Notes: generated by a model from the letters alone, not told the origin. A DNA stretch of 49,745 nucleotides, filler included, from Jimgerdemannia flammicorona (GCA_003990765.1; 2 parts of 2 records of this genome joined end to end with filler, not necessarily neighbours in it), one strand, 5' to 3'; numbered from the whole stretch's first letter, positions 13,132 to 24,824 are shown. Program-made: numbers and translations.

Positions 13132-14314
13132 GATATTTCTTGAGTCAGTTTCGGTGAATAGTGGTGGTGATTATCGTGTCTGAGGGTTTTCGTAGCCAAA
13201 AGGTGGTCCCTTTTATATCTTGCACAAGGTAAGGTCCTTCCCACTTGGGCTCCAGTTTTCGTGACCATGAAGCTTCAATCATATTCCGATACACCAGGAC
13301 TTTGTCTCCTATCTTGATGATCTCCAAGGGTTTGTGGGTCTTTTCCGCATTCCTCCATTGTAGTGTCTGTGCCTTCATTATGTAATCCTCAGCCTTCTTC
13401 CTGATTTGGTGTAGTCTCCATATTTCTATGTCCATATGTTTCCATACAGCATCTCCATTGGATGATAGGGTTCCTTGAGAACATTCTTCTCCGAACAGCA
13501 TTTCTCGAGGGGTAAAGTGGGTGCTTTGTGATCGGATATCCTGGAGAGCAGATAATGCTATTGGCAGATAGTGGTCCCAGTTCTCGTAGTTATCACAGAT
13601 CTTGGCAATAACATTCTTGAGGGTTTTGTTGGTCCTTTCTACTTGTCCATTTCCTTGAGGGTAATATACTGTGGTCCGAATGTGCTAGAACTTGTACTTC
13701 TTGTAGAGAACTTCGAAGAACTGGTTCATGAATTCGGTTCTTCTATCTGTAGTTACTTGTGTTGGGGTCTTGAACCGGCAGATGATTTCCTTGTGAAAGA
13801 AATCGGCGATTGACTGTGCATTAGCTTCCATAAGGGGTCCCACTTCTATCCACTTTGTAAAAAGGTCTACGATGACAATGATGTATCGGTTGCCAGTCAA
13901 AGTCAAGGGTAGGGGGCCGATTACATCCATTGCAATGTGGGCGAATGGTACTGGTTCTATGTGTGCTGATTCTGGGGCTTGATTTCGTTGGTCTTGTTTC
14001 TGTTTCTGGCATTTGTCACAGGTCTTGACGAATTGTCTGATATCTTCCTCCATCCCTGGCCACCATATTGTTCTCCTTGCCTTATTGTATGTATTTGTTC
14101 CTCCTAGATGGCCAAGTTCATGTACTGATTTCATTGCTTGCTCCTTCTTGTATTCTGGTATAACTAGTAGTTTTCCTTTCTTCAGTATTTCTCTGTCAGT
14201 TTTGAATTGTTTCCATGTTCTGTTAATAATCGTTTGTGTCCATTCTTCCAGATGTTGGGGCATCTTTCGCTGTCCCAGATATGTGATGATTCCATAGTAG
14301 AGCTCCTTATTCAT
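13121..14314 (-). pseudogene. Gypsy integrase (stand-alone ORF, ~397 codons, internal stops)
   Basis: MNKELYY..., HHCC (HELGHLG...CDKC), IAMDVIGPLP, VDLFTKW, TDRRTEF, GPY module (KLEPKWEGPY). No chromodomain. Confidence 0.9.
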
Positions 14315-14321
14315 GATTGAT

Positions 14322-17300
14322 TTATTGGTTGGAGGTAGTTCGAGGTGTCCATGAGAGAGTATCTGCATTGGAATTTGTTCTTCCAGGGCAGTGCACGATG
14401 GTTACATCATAGGCTTGTAACTTCATTATCCATCTGGTATAGATTCCCTTGGGTTGTCCGGTTGTCAGTAGCCAGGTGAGAGCTGAGTAGTCCATCTGGA
14501 TGGTGAAGTGTCTTCCGGCCAGATAGTAGTGGAACTTTTCCACAGCCCAGATGACTGCAAGGCATTCCAACTTGTAGAACTCGTATTCTTTTTCAGCTCC
14601 TCGGGTTCCACGGCTAAGATATGCAATGACATACTCTTTTTTGTCTTCTTTTTGAGCTAGGACTGCTCCTAGTCCTTGTGCGCTTGCATCTGTCTGAAGG
14701 ATAAATTCTTGGGTCCAATTGGGTCGTCTGAGGATGGGTGCCTGAGTTAGTCTGACCTTGAGTTCGTCAAATGCTTTTTGTTGTCTGCCAGTCTACTAGA
14801 ACTTGGTATCCTTCTTATTGAGTTTGTAGATTGGGCCTGCAATGTTGGAGAATCCTCTAATGAATCTGCGATAGTAGGAGGCAAGTCCCATGAAGGCTTG
14901 GGCTTCTGTGACGGTAGTGGGCCTTGGGTATGCTGCTACCGCTTGTATTTTGAGGGGGTCCGTGTGTGTTCCATCTCGATTGATGATATGGCCAAGATAG
15001 AAGATCTCGATTTCCACAAACTTGCACTTCTTGGGTTTAATATAAAGGCCATGTTGTCTTAGTCTCTCCATTATCTGCTGTATGTGCTGCAGATGTTCCT
15101 CAGCTGTCTTGCTGTAGATGATTATATTATCGACATAGACCATCATCCATCTTCCCATGTCATAGCAGAAGATTTTGTTCATCATTCACTGAAAGCTTGC
15201 TGGTGCATTGCACATTCCGAATAGCATTTGTAGGTAGATGTAGGTTCCGTCTGGGGTGATGAAGGCTGACTTTTCACTTGCCACTTCTGTGAGTCCAATT
15301 TGGTGGAATCCTGAGTATAAGTCCAAGGTGCTGTAGTACTGTGCTTCGTCTCCCAGTGTTATAAGGATGTCACTGATGAGCGGCAGTGGTTGGCGATCCT
15401 TCTTAGTGACTGCATTGAGCTTTCTGTAGTCAACACAGAGCCTTGGGGCAAATTCTCCAGGTTTGCTTCCTTTTTTCAGGGCTAGTATAACTGGTGAAGA
15501 CCAGGGGCTACTGGCTTCTTTGATGATGCCAGCTTCTTCCATCTGCTTGATTTCTTCTCTGAGCCATTCTCGGTAGGCTGGCAGGACAGGTCTTGCTTTC
15601 TGATAAATTGGTTCAGTGTCTCTGGTATCTACCTCATGATAGTAGTATGGGGTCTTTCCCTTGATATCCTTGAAATCCGTGGCGAGGACATCCTCGAATT
15701 TGTGGAGTATTTTCTTGAGTTCCTTCTTGAGTGGGAATTCATCTCCAATGGTGTAGCTGTGCTTGCTCGTGTTTTCCTCCTTCTTGTGCTCGAGTTCGGT
15801 GATCTTGGTGCTGGCAAACACTCCTCTTCCTGTGGATCCAAATCCTTTCTTTCCTCTTTTCGTTTCCTCAAGATTCTTGACTTGTATAATCCTTGGCTGT
15901 ATGATTGGGAAGATCAACATCTGTACCAATCGGTCCTTCTTCTTGACTGGGAATGGAATTGTAGGATTGTGGTTCCTAGCAATGAGTAGAATTTCTCCCA
16001 TATAGTCTGAATCAATGACTCCTCCTTTGATTGTGATTTCGCTTCTAGCCAGGCTGCTTCTTGTCTTGAGAATCCCGACATGATCCTTTGGGATGGTTAT
16101 CTCCAGTCCAGTTGCGAGTAGGGTGGTTGTCTGGGGTTCCAGTACAGTTTCTTCTACTGTAGCGATGTCCATTCTGGCTGCGTTTTCTGACTTGTATTCT
16201 GGCAAGACTGCATCAGAGTGGATCTTTCAAATCTTGACCTTGATTTCTTCTTCATCATCGCTGTCCTCTAGGAGGGCTGGTGGTTTATCATTTTCCTCCT
16301 TCTCTTCTTCCCTGATCTGTTTTTCGAGAGCTTTCTGGCTTCTTTCCTGGTAGATCTTCCTGGTTCCGATAGTGCACTGGTAGCAATCATTGACATGCTC
16401 CATACAGTACATCTTGATTCTATGAGGGCAGACTCCTTGTGGGGCATAGCCTTCTGCGATCTTCTTGCACCATTCTTCTTCACTCATCCATCCAACTTTC
16501 TTCTTCTTTGGGGTGATCACCATATAAGCTTCCTCTTGCTCGCTCTCTTCTTCCTCCATATCAGGCAGGACTCCTTTGTTGACATTGATGGGAATTCGTA
16601 TCTTCTGTCCCTGGTAGGTGATTTGCATCTTCTGGGCATTGAGATCGATTACTGCCTTGGCTTTGTGAAGCCATTGATTGCCGATGAGGATATCATAGTT
16701 GGTGGCATTGGTTACGATTATATCTACTGGGATTGTTGCTCCTCCGATCTTGATGGGAACATCTCAGATCTTTCCCAGAGGTATAGCTCTTGTGCCATCG
16801 GCTGTGACGAATACTAGCTTAGTTGCTTCTTCCACATCCCAACCTAGGCGGTCTGCTGCCTTCTTACTGAGGAGACATCCTCCTGCTCCTGTATCAATGA
16901 TGGCTTCAAAGACTCGATCCTCAATTTGGCATGTTGTATAAGCAGAGGTTTTGTAATTGTCCTCACTTTCTTCTCCTGAGTCCTCTTGAACATTATTGGC
17001 CTCGGTTATCTTCCATCCTTATTCCTTGGTTGTTTCGGCGAGTCCAAACCTCATTTGCTGTCTGAATGTTGGAATTTCTGCAAGCTGACCAAAGGTTGCA
17101 TTGACCTTTTGTTGACTGAGATCCTTGAAGATATCATACTTGAAGGTCTTGGTCTTGTGAAGCTTCTTTTCTTTTTCTCCTTCACTGGCTGGAGTGGTTC
17201 CTTGGATGATATCTTGAACTGCTTGCTCCAGCTCGATATTCTGGTCCATCTCTTCAGCTTGACTTTCTGTGGTAGTTTCCATCTGCTTTTCCACTGGGTT

Positions 17301-18299
17301 CTTCTTGGGTCTTCCTGGTGGTCTCTTGTAGGGTTCTTTGCGAACATCCTTTTTGGTGGTCTGAGCAGGATAGGCCTCCCATTCTTCTTCATCAGAATCT
17401 CCGATCTCCTTGAAGGTAATTATATTGGCCTGCTCCTTGTTTCATGTGGCATTGCTTGGTTGAGCCTTGCGCTTGGTTTCGCTCATGCATTCATAGGAGT
17501 AGTGGCCTTCTTCTCTGCAAGTATAGCAGGTGTCTTTCTTCTTGTCTGAGGTGGTGGCGAACTTCTGAACAGGGCAGCAATCTCTTCCTCAGATTTCCTT
17601 TACCACATCTCCCAGGTGGGCAGTTATTTCAGCAAACCTTTTGGCAAGTTCCTCCATAGGGTCGCTGTTCTTTTGCTGCTCAGTAGCTTTTGGCTGAGGT
17701 GTGTTTCGATTGATCATTGTGGTGGGGATCACACTGGTTGCCTTGGGTGCCTCGATTCTGACTCCTGTAACTCTCTCTATTGTATGGTCTTGTGGGTGTC
17801 TGGCTATCCAGTATCGCTGAGCATAGGTGACCCTTTGTGGTAGATCCAGAATCACTGGTGATGAGCGGATGGCCATGGCTATTTCTGGATGGACTCCTTT
17901 CATGAAGGTTGCTTCAGCTACTTGATCTTGGGTAGCAGCAGCATAATCTGCAAGGATTATCTGATATCGAATTCTGGTATGGAATGTGTTTGGATCCTCA
18001 CTCATTCCTTGGCACGTTGTGTTGAGGTGATCCTTCAGGGCTTGCTTGATCTTGTCTGTGTAATATGTGTTTCGGAGCCAGGTCTTCTGTGCCATCAGTA
18101 TAGCATCGGCATCATTTCCTGCATGGGTTGCGGCTGTGAATGCTGCTCTGGCGGGACCTCGTAGGCTGAAGGGCATGAGGGCTACTTACTGTGCTGCTGT
18201 CAGAGTCCTTACGGCAGCATACTGCTTGAAATCGTCAATGAAGGTGATGATTGATTCATCTGAGGTATATCCATGGAATACTGGCGGTCTCATATCCAT
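14322..18299 (-). pseudogene. gag-protease-dUTPase-RT-RNaseH polyprotein (single frame, premature stops)
   Basis: ORF fragments starting at 18176, 17294, 16628, 16205, 15185 and 14570 share one frame. Motifs: PPVFHG gag start, CCHC knuckle, IIDTGA protease, dUTPase motifs, YVDNII (eroded YxDD), QTDAS and ADTLS RNaseH. Confidence 0.93.
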
Positions 18300-18392
18300 C
18301 TTGTCTGGGTATTGGGGCTCGGTTTGTATGGTTGTTCGGGTAGTGGTGGTTGTTCGTTGTTCAGCTTGAAAGTGAGGGATTCATCTTGAATC

Positions 18393-18410
18393 ACCAGCCA
18401 ATGGGCACCA
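18393..18410 (-). other. Primer-binding site TGGTGCCCATTGGCTGGT (tRNA-His-like, inferred)
   Basis: Starts 3 nt inside the 5' LTR boundary with TGG. Its complement ...ATGGGCACCA resembles eukaryotic tRNA-His 3' ends; tRNA identity not verified. Confidence 0.7.
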
Positions 18411-18413
18411 AGT

Positions 18414-18899
18414 TGTAACGTAGCGGATGCTTACTCTTGAAAGTACGTTGGATTTCTGTATCTTGAAAACTTGACTGTTCTGACTCTCGCAGAGTCTCTT
18501 GAAGTTGCAGGGGAGGGTGGGTGAGTTCGAAGTATATCTGTCTGCAGGCTTACTAGTTCCTTTGCTTATCTCTTTGCTTTGAACTATTTCGATCTGAGGT
18601 TTATTCACTCAAAGATACTGGGTTATTTATACAAGTTTGCTAGCTATGAGATGGCTACTGAGTTACATGGCTGAGTTATGAGTCATTTAGACAATGTCCA
18701 GAAACTTAGACAATGTCAAAATACTATACTAAATCAGGACATTCAATTTAGATAATGTCTAAAATTTAGACAATGTCTAAGAAATTAGACAATGTCGAAA
18801 TCGAGGACTGCTAACTATAATGCTATACTACTTTGGGAATAGGTGTGATCAAGTGTCTCTTCCCTATTTTCTTCTTCCAAATCTGGCTGTACCGTCACA
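18414..18899 (-). repeat. 5' LTR of Gypsy copy 2 (U3 subtype B)
   Basis: Direct repeat of 12147-12632. Confidence 0.97.
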
Positions 18900-20239
18900 A
18901 TATATATATCTGATCTATTAGATGATTTCCAGTCCAATAACCTTTCTTAGCTTTTCCAATTTCAAGTAGACAATAAACTTCTCTTGGAGGCTTTGGATCT
19001 TTCATATCTTTATATTGTTCTTCAGATATAGCCAGCCTTCTAACAATATCCAAAAGAAAGTCACTAACCATTATACTAGTACCTTGTCTTTTTTTTCTAA
19101 GTGGAAATTGTCCTTTAGGTCCCCATTCATAGTTTAGATCATCATTAGAATTGAAAGTAGCCTCATCATGTATTACTAGAATATGTTGTTGTCCAAGAGG
19201 AATAGTATGTTATAATGATTGGAAATCTTTATTATATTGAACCATAAATGGTTTCCAGTCAGCCATCTGCTTTAAAAATTGTTCATGAGATACTTTAACA
19301 TCATCTCTTTCATAACCATCAACATAAAGTCCTTTTCTGTGTCTACTATAAGTATAGCCCATCTGTAGCATCCATCTTCTTACTGTATCTTCATGAATTT
19401 GTATTGATTCTGCTGATGTTGAAAGAATCTCTTTTTCTATATATTTTTTGAGAGACTTTGGAGTAGCAGTAAACTTATTATTTTCTAAATAAGTTTTAAC
19501 TGCAAGTTTAATATTTTTATCTTTAAGAAGACTTTTCTTCTTAGCATGTCTTCCTTGCTGAGAAATAGGAAGAGTTCTGTTGTCAATCCAATTTTGTATC
19601 CATCTTCTTAAAAGCTTTGCATAGTATAAGCCTTTGTTGATACTTTCTGCAATCAGATGACTAGCTTGAGAAGCACTCCTATTATTATTTCTAAATACCA
19701 TATATTGTAATATATGTATGTATTTTGAAATAGAATTTAGAGATAGATTCTCTAAATTCTTCATATGAGTATTAAGTGCAATAATATGAGATTTCCAACT
19801 ATTATCAGCTTTTTTATCTTTATCTTCATTATCTTCTTCATCTTCATCATCATCATCATCTTTATATCTATCTTCATCCTCATCTGTATTTTCATCTTCA
19901 ACTATATCCTCATGTTCATCTTCATCCTCATCATCTTCATCTTCATCATCATCATTCTCATCTTCTTCTTCTCTTTCATTATCTTCTTCCTTACCATCTT
20001 CATTCTCTTCCTCTTCTTCTTCTCTCTTATCATCATCATCTATATTATAATTATAATTATAATTATAATAAATATATTATAAAATCAATAATATTTATAT
20101 AATAATATTTATCTATAATCTCTTCTTCAAGTTTACTTTTTTGTAAACTTTGTAAGTACTGAGTTTGTTTAGATAGTCTTGGCATTTTGTTATAACTAAA
20201 AAAAATATGAATTTAATAATTTAGTAAGATCATCTAAAA

Positions 20240-20540
20240 AGGTGATATAAGATAGATAATAGAAGACAGGCAATGGAAGACAAGACAAGTAATGGGAGAT
20301 GAGATAGGAAATAAGTGACAATACAATGGGTGATGGGAGACAAGATTGGTAATGAGATAGACATAACCATCATTCACCTACTCATTACATCTCATCTCCC
20401 ACACCTGTCTTGTCTTCCATTGCCCATCTCATCTCCCATTGCCTATCTCGTCTCCCATCACCCATCTCATCTCCCATTGCCTGTCTCATCTCCCATTGCC
20501 CATCTCATCTCCCATTGCCCATCTCATCTCCTATCTCAGA
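20240..20540. repeat. Inverted pair of ~22-bp tandem arrays (ATTGCCCATCTCATCTCCC-type)
   Basis: A purine-strand array at 20240-20361 faces a pyrimidine-strand array at 20386-20540, just upstream of the transposase ATG. Confidence 0.8.
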
Positions 20541-20674
20541 AAAATATATATTACATATATATATACCTTGGTTGTGTAAGATATCAAAGAAAGATTGTTG
20601 ACAATATTGACAGATGAATGATCTTATAACTGAGTTAGAAATAAAATGTAGACATCACACTTGAATTATCTGGG

Positions 20675-20975
20675 TTTGAAGTGTGGTTTGAAGTACAGTT
20701 TGAAGTGCAGTTTGAAGTATAGTTTGAAGTGTGGTTTGAAGTGCAGTTTGAAGTGCAGTTTGAAGTATGGCTTTAAGTGAGACTTGAAGTGCACAGCTTA
20801 AAGTGCACAGCTTGAAGGAGAATTTAGCCACTTTTGGTAATCAATTTAAGGCCACTTGAGGCAAAGGTGAACATGATTTAAGACCACTTCAAGGGCACTT
20901 CAAACTGCACTTCAAACCACATTTTTCAAACTGCACTTCAAACTGTACTTCAAACTATACTTTCAAAACTACACT
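20675..20975. repeat. 12-bp tandem repeat TTTGAAGTG(C/T)(A/G)G and its inverted copy
   Basis: About 10 copies at 20675-20815 and reverse-complement copies at 20886-20975. Confidence 0.85.
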
Positions 20976-20984
20976 TACATAATT

Positions 20985-23900
20985 TTGGTTCTCCTTTGCC
21001 ATTGATTATCAAAATTGTTCACCTTTGCCAAATTCTCCAAATTCTCCTTCAAGTGGTCTTAAATCAATTACAAAAAGTGGCCTTAAATTGTGTTCTCGAG
21101 TAGAAGTGGGGAAGGACCTCAATTCCACTTGATCTACCTCCACTCTACCTTAAGGAAGTGGGAGAAGGTGGATTGGGTGAAATGGCTATCAATTACCAAA
21201 ATTGTTCCCCTTTGCCGAATTCCCCAAATTCTCCTTCAAGTGGCCTTAAATCATATTATTAAGTGGAAGTGGGGAAGGATCTCAATTCCACTCAATCCAC
21301 TCGATCCACCTCTACCTTCCCCCACTTCAACTCAATCCACCTCCTCCACCTTGAGGAAGTGGGGGGAGGTGGATTGGGTGAAGGTGGATTGGGTGAAGGT
21401 GGATCGGGTGAAGGTAGATCAGGTGAAGGTGGATCAGATGGAATAGCTCCCCTTTGCTATCGATTACCAAAATTGTTCCAGAACAATTTTGGTAATTGAT
21501 AGCCATTCCACCTGATCTACCTTCCCCCACTTCCACCTGATCCACCTCTCCCCACTTCCTCAAGGTGGAGTGGAGGTGGATCAAGTGGAAGTGGGGGAAG
21601 ATAGAGGTGGATCGAGTGGATCGAGTGGAATTGAGGTTCTTCCCCACTTCTACTTGAGAACATGATGTAAGGACACTTTTGGTAATCAATTTAAGGCCAC
21701 TTGAAGGTGAATTTGGGGAATTCAGCAAAGGGGAACAATTTTGATAATCAATGGCAAAGGGGAGCCATTCCATCTGATCCATCTCTCCCCACTTCCTTAA
21801 GGTAGAGGAGGTGGATTGAGTTGAAGTGGGAGAAGGTAGAGGTGGATTGAGTGGATTGAGTGGAATTGAGATCCTTCCCCACTTCCACTCAAGAACACAA
21901 TTTAAGGCCACTTGAAGGGAATTCGGCAAAGGGGAACAATTTTGGTAATTGATGGCAAAGGGGAGCCATTTCACCCGATCCACCTCCCTCCACTTCCTCA
22001 AGGTAGAGGAGGTAGATCGAGTTGAAGTGGGAGAAGGTAGAGGTGGATCAAGTGGATCGAGTGGAATTGAGGTCCTTCCCCACTTCCATTCGAGAATACA
22101 ATTTAAGGCCACTTGAAGGAGAATTTGGGGAATTCGGCAAAGGGGAACAATTTTGGTAATCAATGGCAAAGGGGAACCATTCCACCTGATCCACCTTCTC
22201 CCACTTTCACCCCCACCTCCCTAATTCCTTAAGGTGGAGTGAAGGTGGATCGAGTGGAAGTGGGGGAAGATAGAGATGGATCAAGTGGATCAAGTGGAAT
22301 TGAGGTCCTTCTCTATTTCCACTTGAGGACATGATTTAAGGCCACTTTTGGTAATTGATTTAAGGCCACTTAGAGAATTTGGGGAATTCAGTAAAGGGGA
22401 ACAATTTTGGTAATTGATGGCAAAGAGCCATTCCACCCAATCCACCTTCCCCCACTTTCACCTGATCCATCTCCCCCCACTTCCTCAAGATGGAGTGGAG
22501 GTGGATCAAGTGAAAGTGAGAGAAGGTAGAGGTGGATCGAGTAGATCAAGTGGAATTGAGGTCCTTCCTCACTTCCACTCAAGAATACGATTTAAGGTCA
22601 CTTTTGGTAATCAATTTAAGGCCACTTGAAGGAGAATTTAGGGAATTTGGTAAAGGGGAACAATTTTGGTAATCAATGGCAAAGGGGAGCCATTCTATCT
22701 GATCCACCTTCCCCCACTTTCACCCGATCCACCTCCCCCCACTTCCTCAAGGTGGAGTGGAGGTGGATCGAGTAAAAGTGGGGGAAGGTAGAGGTGGATC
22801 AAGTGGAATTGAGGTCCTTCCCCACTTCCACTCGAGAATACCATTTAAGGCCACTTTTGGTAATCATTTCAAGTAGCCTTAAATCGATTACCAAAAGTGG
22901 CCTTAAATCATATTATTGAGTAGAAGTGAGGAAGGACCTCAATTCTACTTAACTCACTCAATCCACCTCTACCTTCCCCCACTTCCACTCAATCCACCTC
23001 CACTCTACCTTGAGGAAGTGGAGGGAGGTGGATCAGGTGGAAGTGAGGGAAGGGGGATCAAGTGGAATGGCTCCCCTTTGCCATTGATTACCAAAATTGT
23101 TCTCCTTTGTTGAATTCCCAAATTCTCCTTCAAGTGGCCTTAAATTGATTATCAAAAGTGGCCTTAAATTATATTCTCGAGTAGAAGTAGGGAAGGACCT
23201 CAATTCTACTCAATCCACTTGATCCACCTCCACTCCACCTTGAGAAAGTGGGGGGAGGTGGATCGGGCAGAAGTGGGAGAAAGTGGATCAAGTGGAAGTG
23301 GGGGAAGGTGGATCAGATGAAAGTGGGAGAAGGTGGATCAGGTGGAATGACTCCTCTTTACCATCAATTACCAAAATTGTTCCTCTTTGCTGAATTCTCC
23401 AAATTCTCCTTCAAGTGGTCTTAAATCGATTACCAAAAGTGGCCTTAAATTGTGTCCTCAAGTAGAAGTGGGGAAGGACCTCAATTCCACTCGATTTACT
23501 CGATCCACCTCTATCTTCCCCCACTTTCACTTGATCCACCTCCACTCCACCTTAAGGAAGTGGGGGGAGGTGGATCAGGTGGAAGTGAGGGAAGATAGAT
23601 CAGGTGGAATGGCTCCTCTTTGCCATCGATTACCAAAATTGTTCCCCTTTGCTAAATTCTCCAAATTCTCCTTCAAGTGGCCTTAAATTGATTACCAAAA
23701 GTGGCCTTAAATTGTGTCCTCAAATGGAAGTAGGGAAGGACCTCAATTCCACTCAATCCACCTCTACCTTCCCCCACTTCCACTTGATCCACCTCCACTC
23801 CATCTTAAGAAACTGGGGGGAGGTAGATTGGGTGGAAGTGGGGGAAGGTGGATTGGGTGGAATGACTCCTCTTTGCCATTGATTACCAAAATTGTTCCCC

Positions 23901-24250
23901 TTTGCCAATTCTCCTTCAAGTGGCCTTAAGTCGATTATCAAAAGTGGCCTTAAATCATATTCTTAAGTAGAAGTGGGGAAGGACCTCAATTCCTCTCAAT
24001 CTATCTCTACCTTTCCCTACTTTCACTTAATCTACCTCCACTTCACCTTGAGGAAGTGGGAGGAGATGGATCAAATAGAAGTGAGAAAAGATGGAGGTGG
24101 ATTGATCTACCTTGGGAACACAATTTAAGGCCACTTTTTGGTAATTGATTTAAGGCCACTTAAAGAGAGAATTTGACAAAGATGAATACAATTCAAGGCC
24201 ACTTTTGGTAATCAATTTAAGGCTACTTGAAGGGGAATTCAGCCAATTCA
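20985..24250. repeat. Right subterminal modular repeat array (mirror of left array)
   Basis: Same motifs as 7810-11300, with orientation flips at ~21480, ~22865 and ~24110. Confidence 0.95.
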
Positions 24251-24254
24251 ACAA

Positions 24255-24824
24255 TGCCAAAATTACTAAGTCACAAATTAATAATTATATCTAAACTTAT
24301 GCTTAATTTTTTGTCACTCCTTTTTGCTACTTTTTTTTAATATATATATTTAATAAAATAAAAATAAAAACTAGAAATTAATAGAAAAATTTATTGAGTT
24401 TAATAAAATGAAGAGCTTTTTTTTTATTATTGTATAAAATATTTTAATAAAGATTATTTTTTTACAGATCTTCATATTTTTTAAATCTTTTCTCTTTTAT
24501 ATTAATCATATTAAAAAAATATATTATTAGAAATTTAAATAGTAAATATTATTTACGTTATTTAAATGAAAAGCTTTTTTTTAAATAATATGATTATAAA
24601 TGATTTACTAAAGTTAGTTATAATTTTAGTCTTATTTAATATTTTATTGGCTTTGAAATTGTGACCAGTAATTTATAATTTGGCTTTAATTTAAGGCCGA
24701 AATTGTGACTGGTCTTAATATTTATTATAAAATAATAAAAAAACTATTTTTATTAAAATATTATATGTAATAATTAAAAAAGCTCTTCATTTTATTAAAC
24801 TTGATAGAATGTTCTATCAATTTC
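24255..24824. repeat. Right terminal AT-rich TIR module, truncated by gap
   Basis: Reverse complement of 7224-7800. Confidence 0.9.

Larger units (their letters stand above)
12147..18899 (-). mobile_element. Full-length Ty3/Gypsy LTR retrotransposon copy 2 (dUTPase, separate IN ORF, extra ORF3)
   Basis: Two 486-bp LTRs (TGT...ACA) about 97% identical, PBS, PPT, and an ATAT target duplication inside a (TA)n tract. Order is gag-PR-dUTPase-RT-RH, IN, ORF3. Confidence 0.97.
11340..20185 (-). pseudogene. IS630/Tc1/mariner-type DDE transposase with long D-E spacer, 3 introns, Gypsy inserted in intron 2
   Basis: ATG 20185 (MPRLSKQ), acidic tract, ORF 19764-19210 (YVDGYERDDV), HDEATFNSNDD (D at ~19166), GTSIMVSDFL, GYWTG. 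It resumes at ~12065 with AIPIF..VFAFDHS (D at 12001-12003), DCCAVQILSHQEDF and KFHCELNYIEYFW (E at 11612-11614). Has stops and a frameshift; the 3' end is approximate. Confidence 0.88.
7155..24824. mobile_element. Giant Foldback-like IS630/Tc1/mariner DNA transposon with ~3.5-kb modular terminal inverted arms
   Basis: Sequence from 7224 onward is the reverse complement of 24824 backward, through the AT-rich module and the repeat array, including a shared inversion junction (~9155 and ~22865). Internal DDE transposase gene. Left end putatively TA|CACCAC at 7153-7160; right end lost in the gap. Confidence 0.8.

Noticed and set aside
19765..20082. Hydrophobic Ile/Phe-rich 105-aa ORF resembling a membrane protein
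   Set aside because: Antisense reading of the Asp/Glu tract of the transposase.
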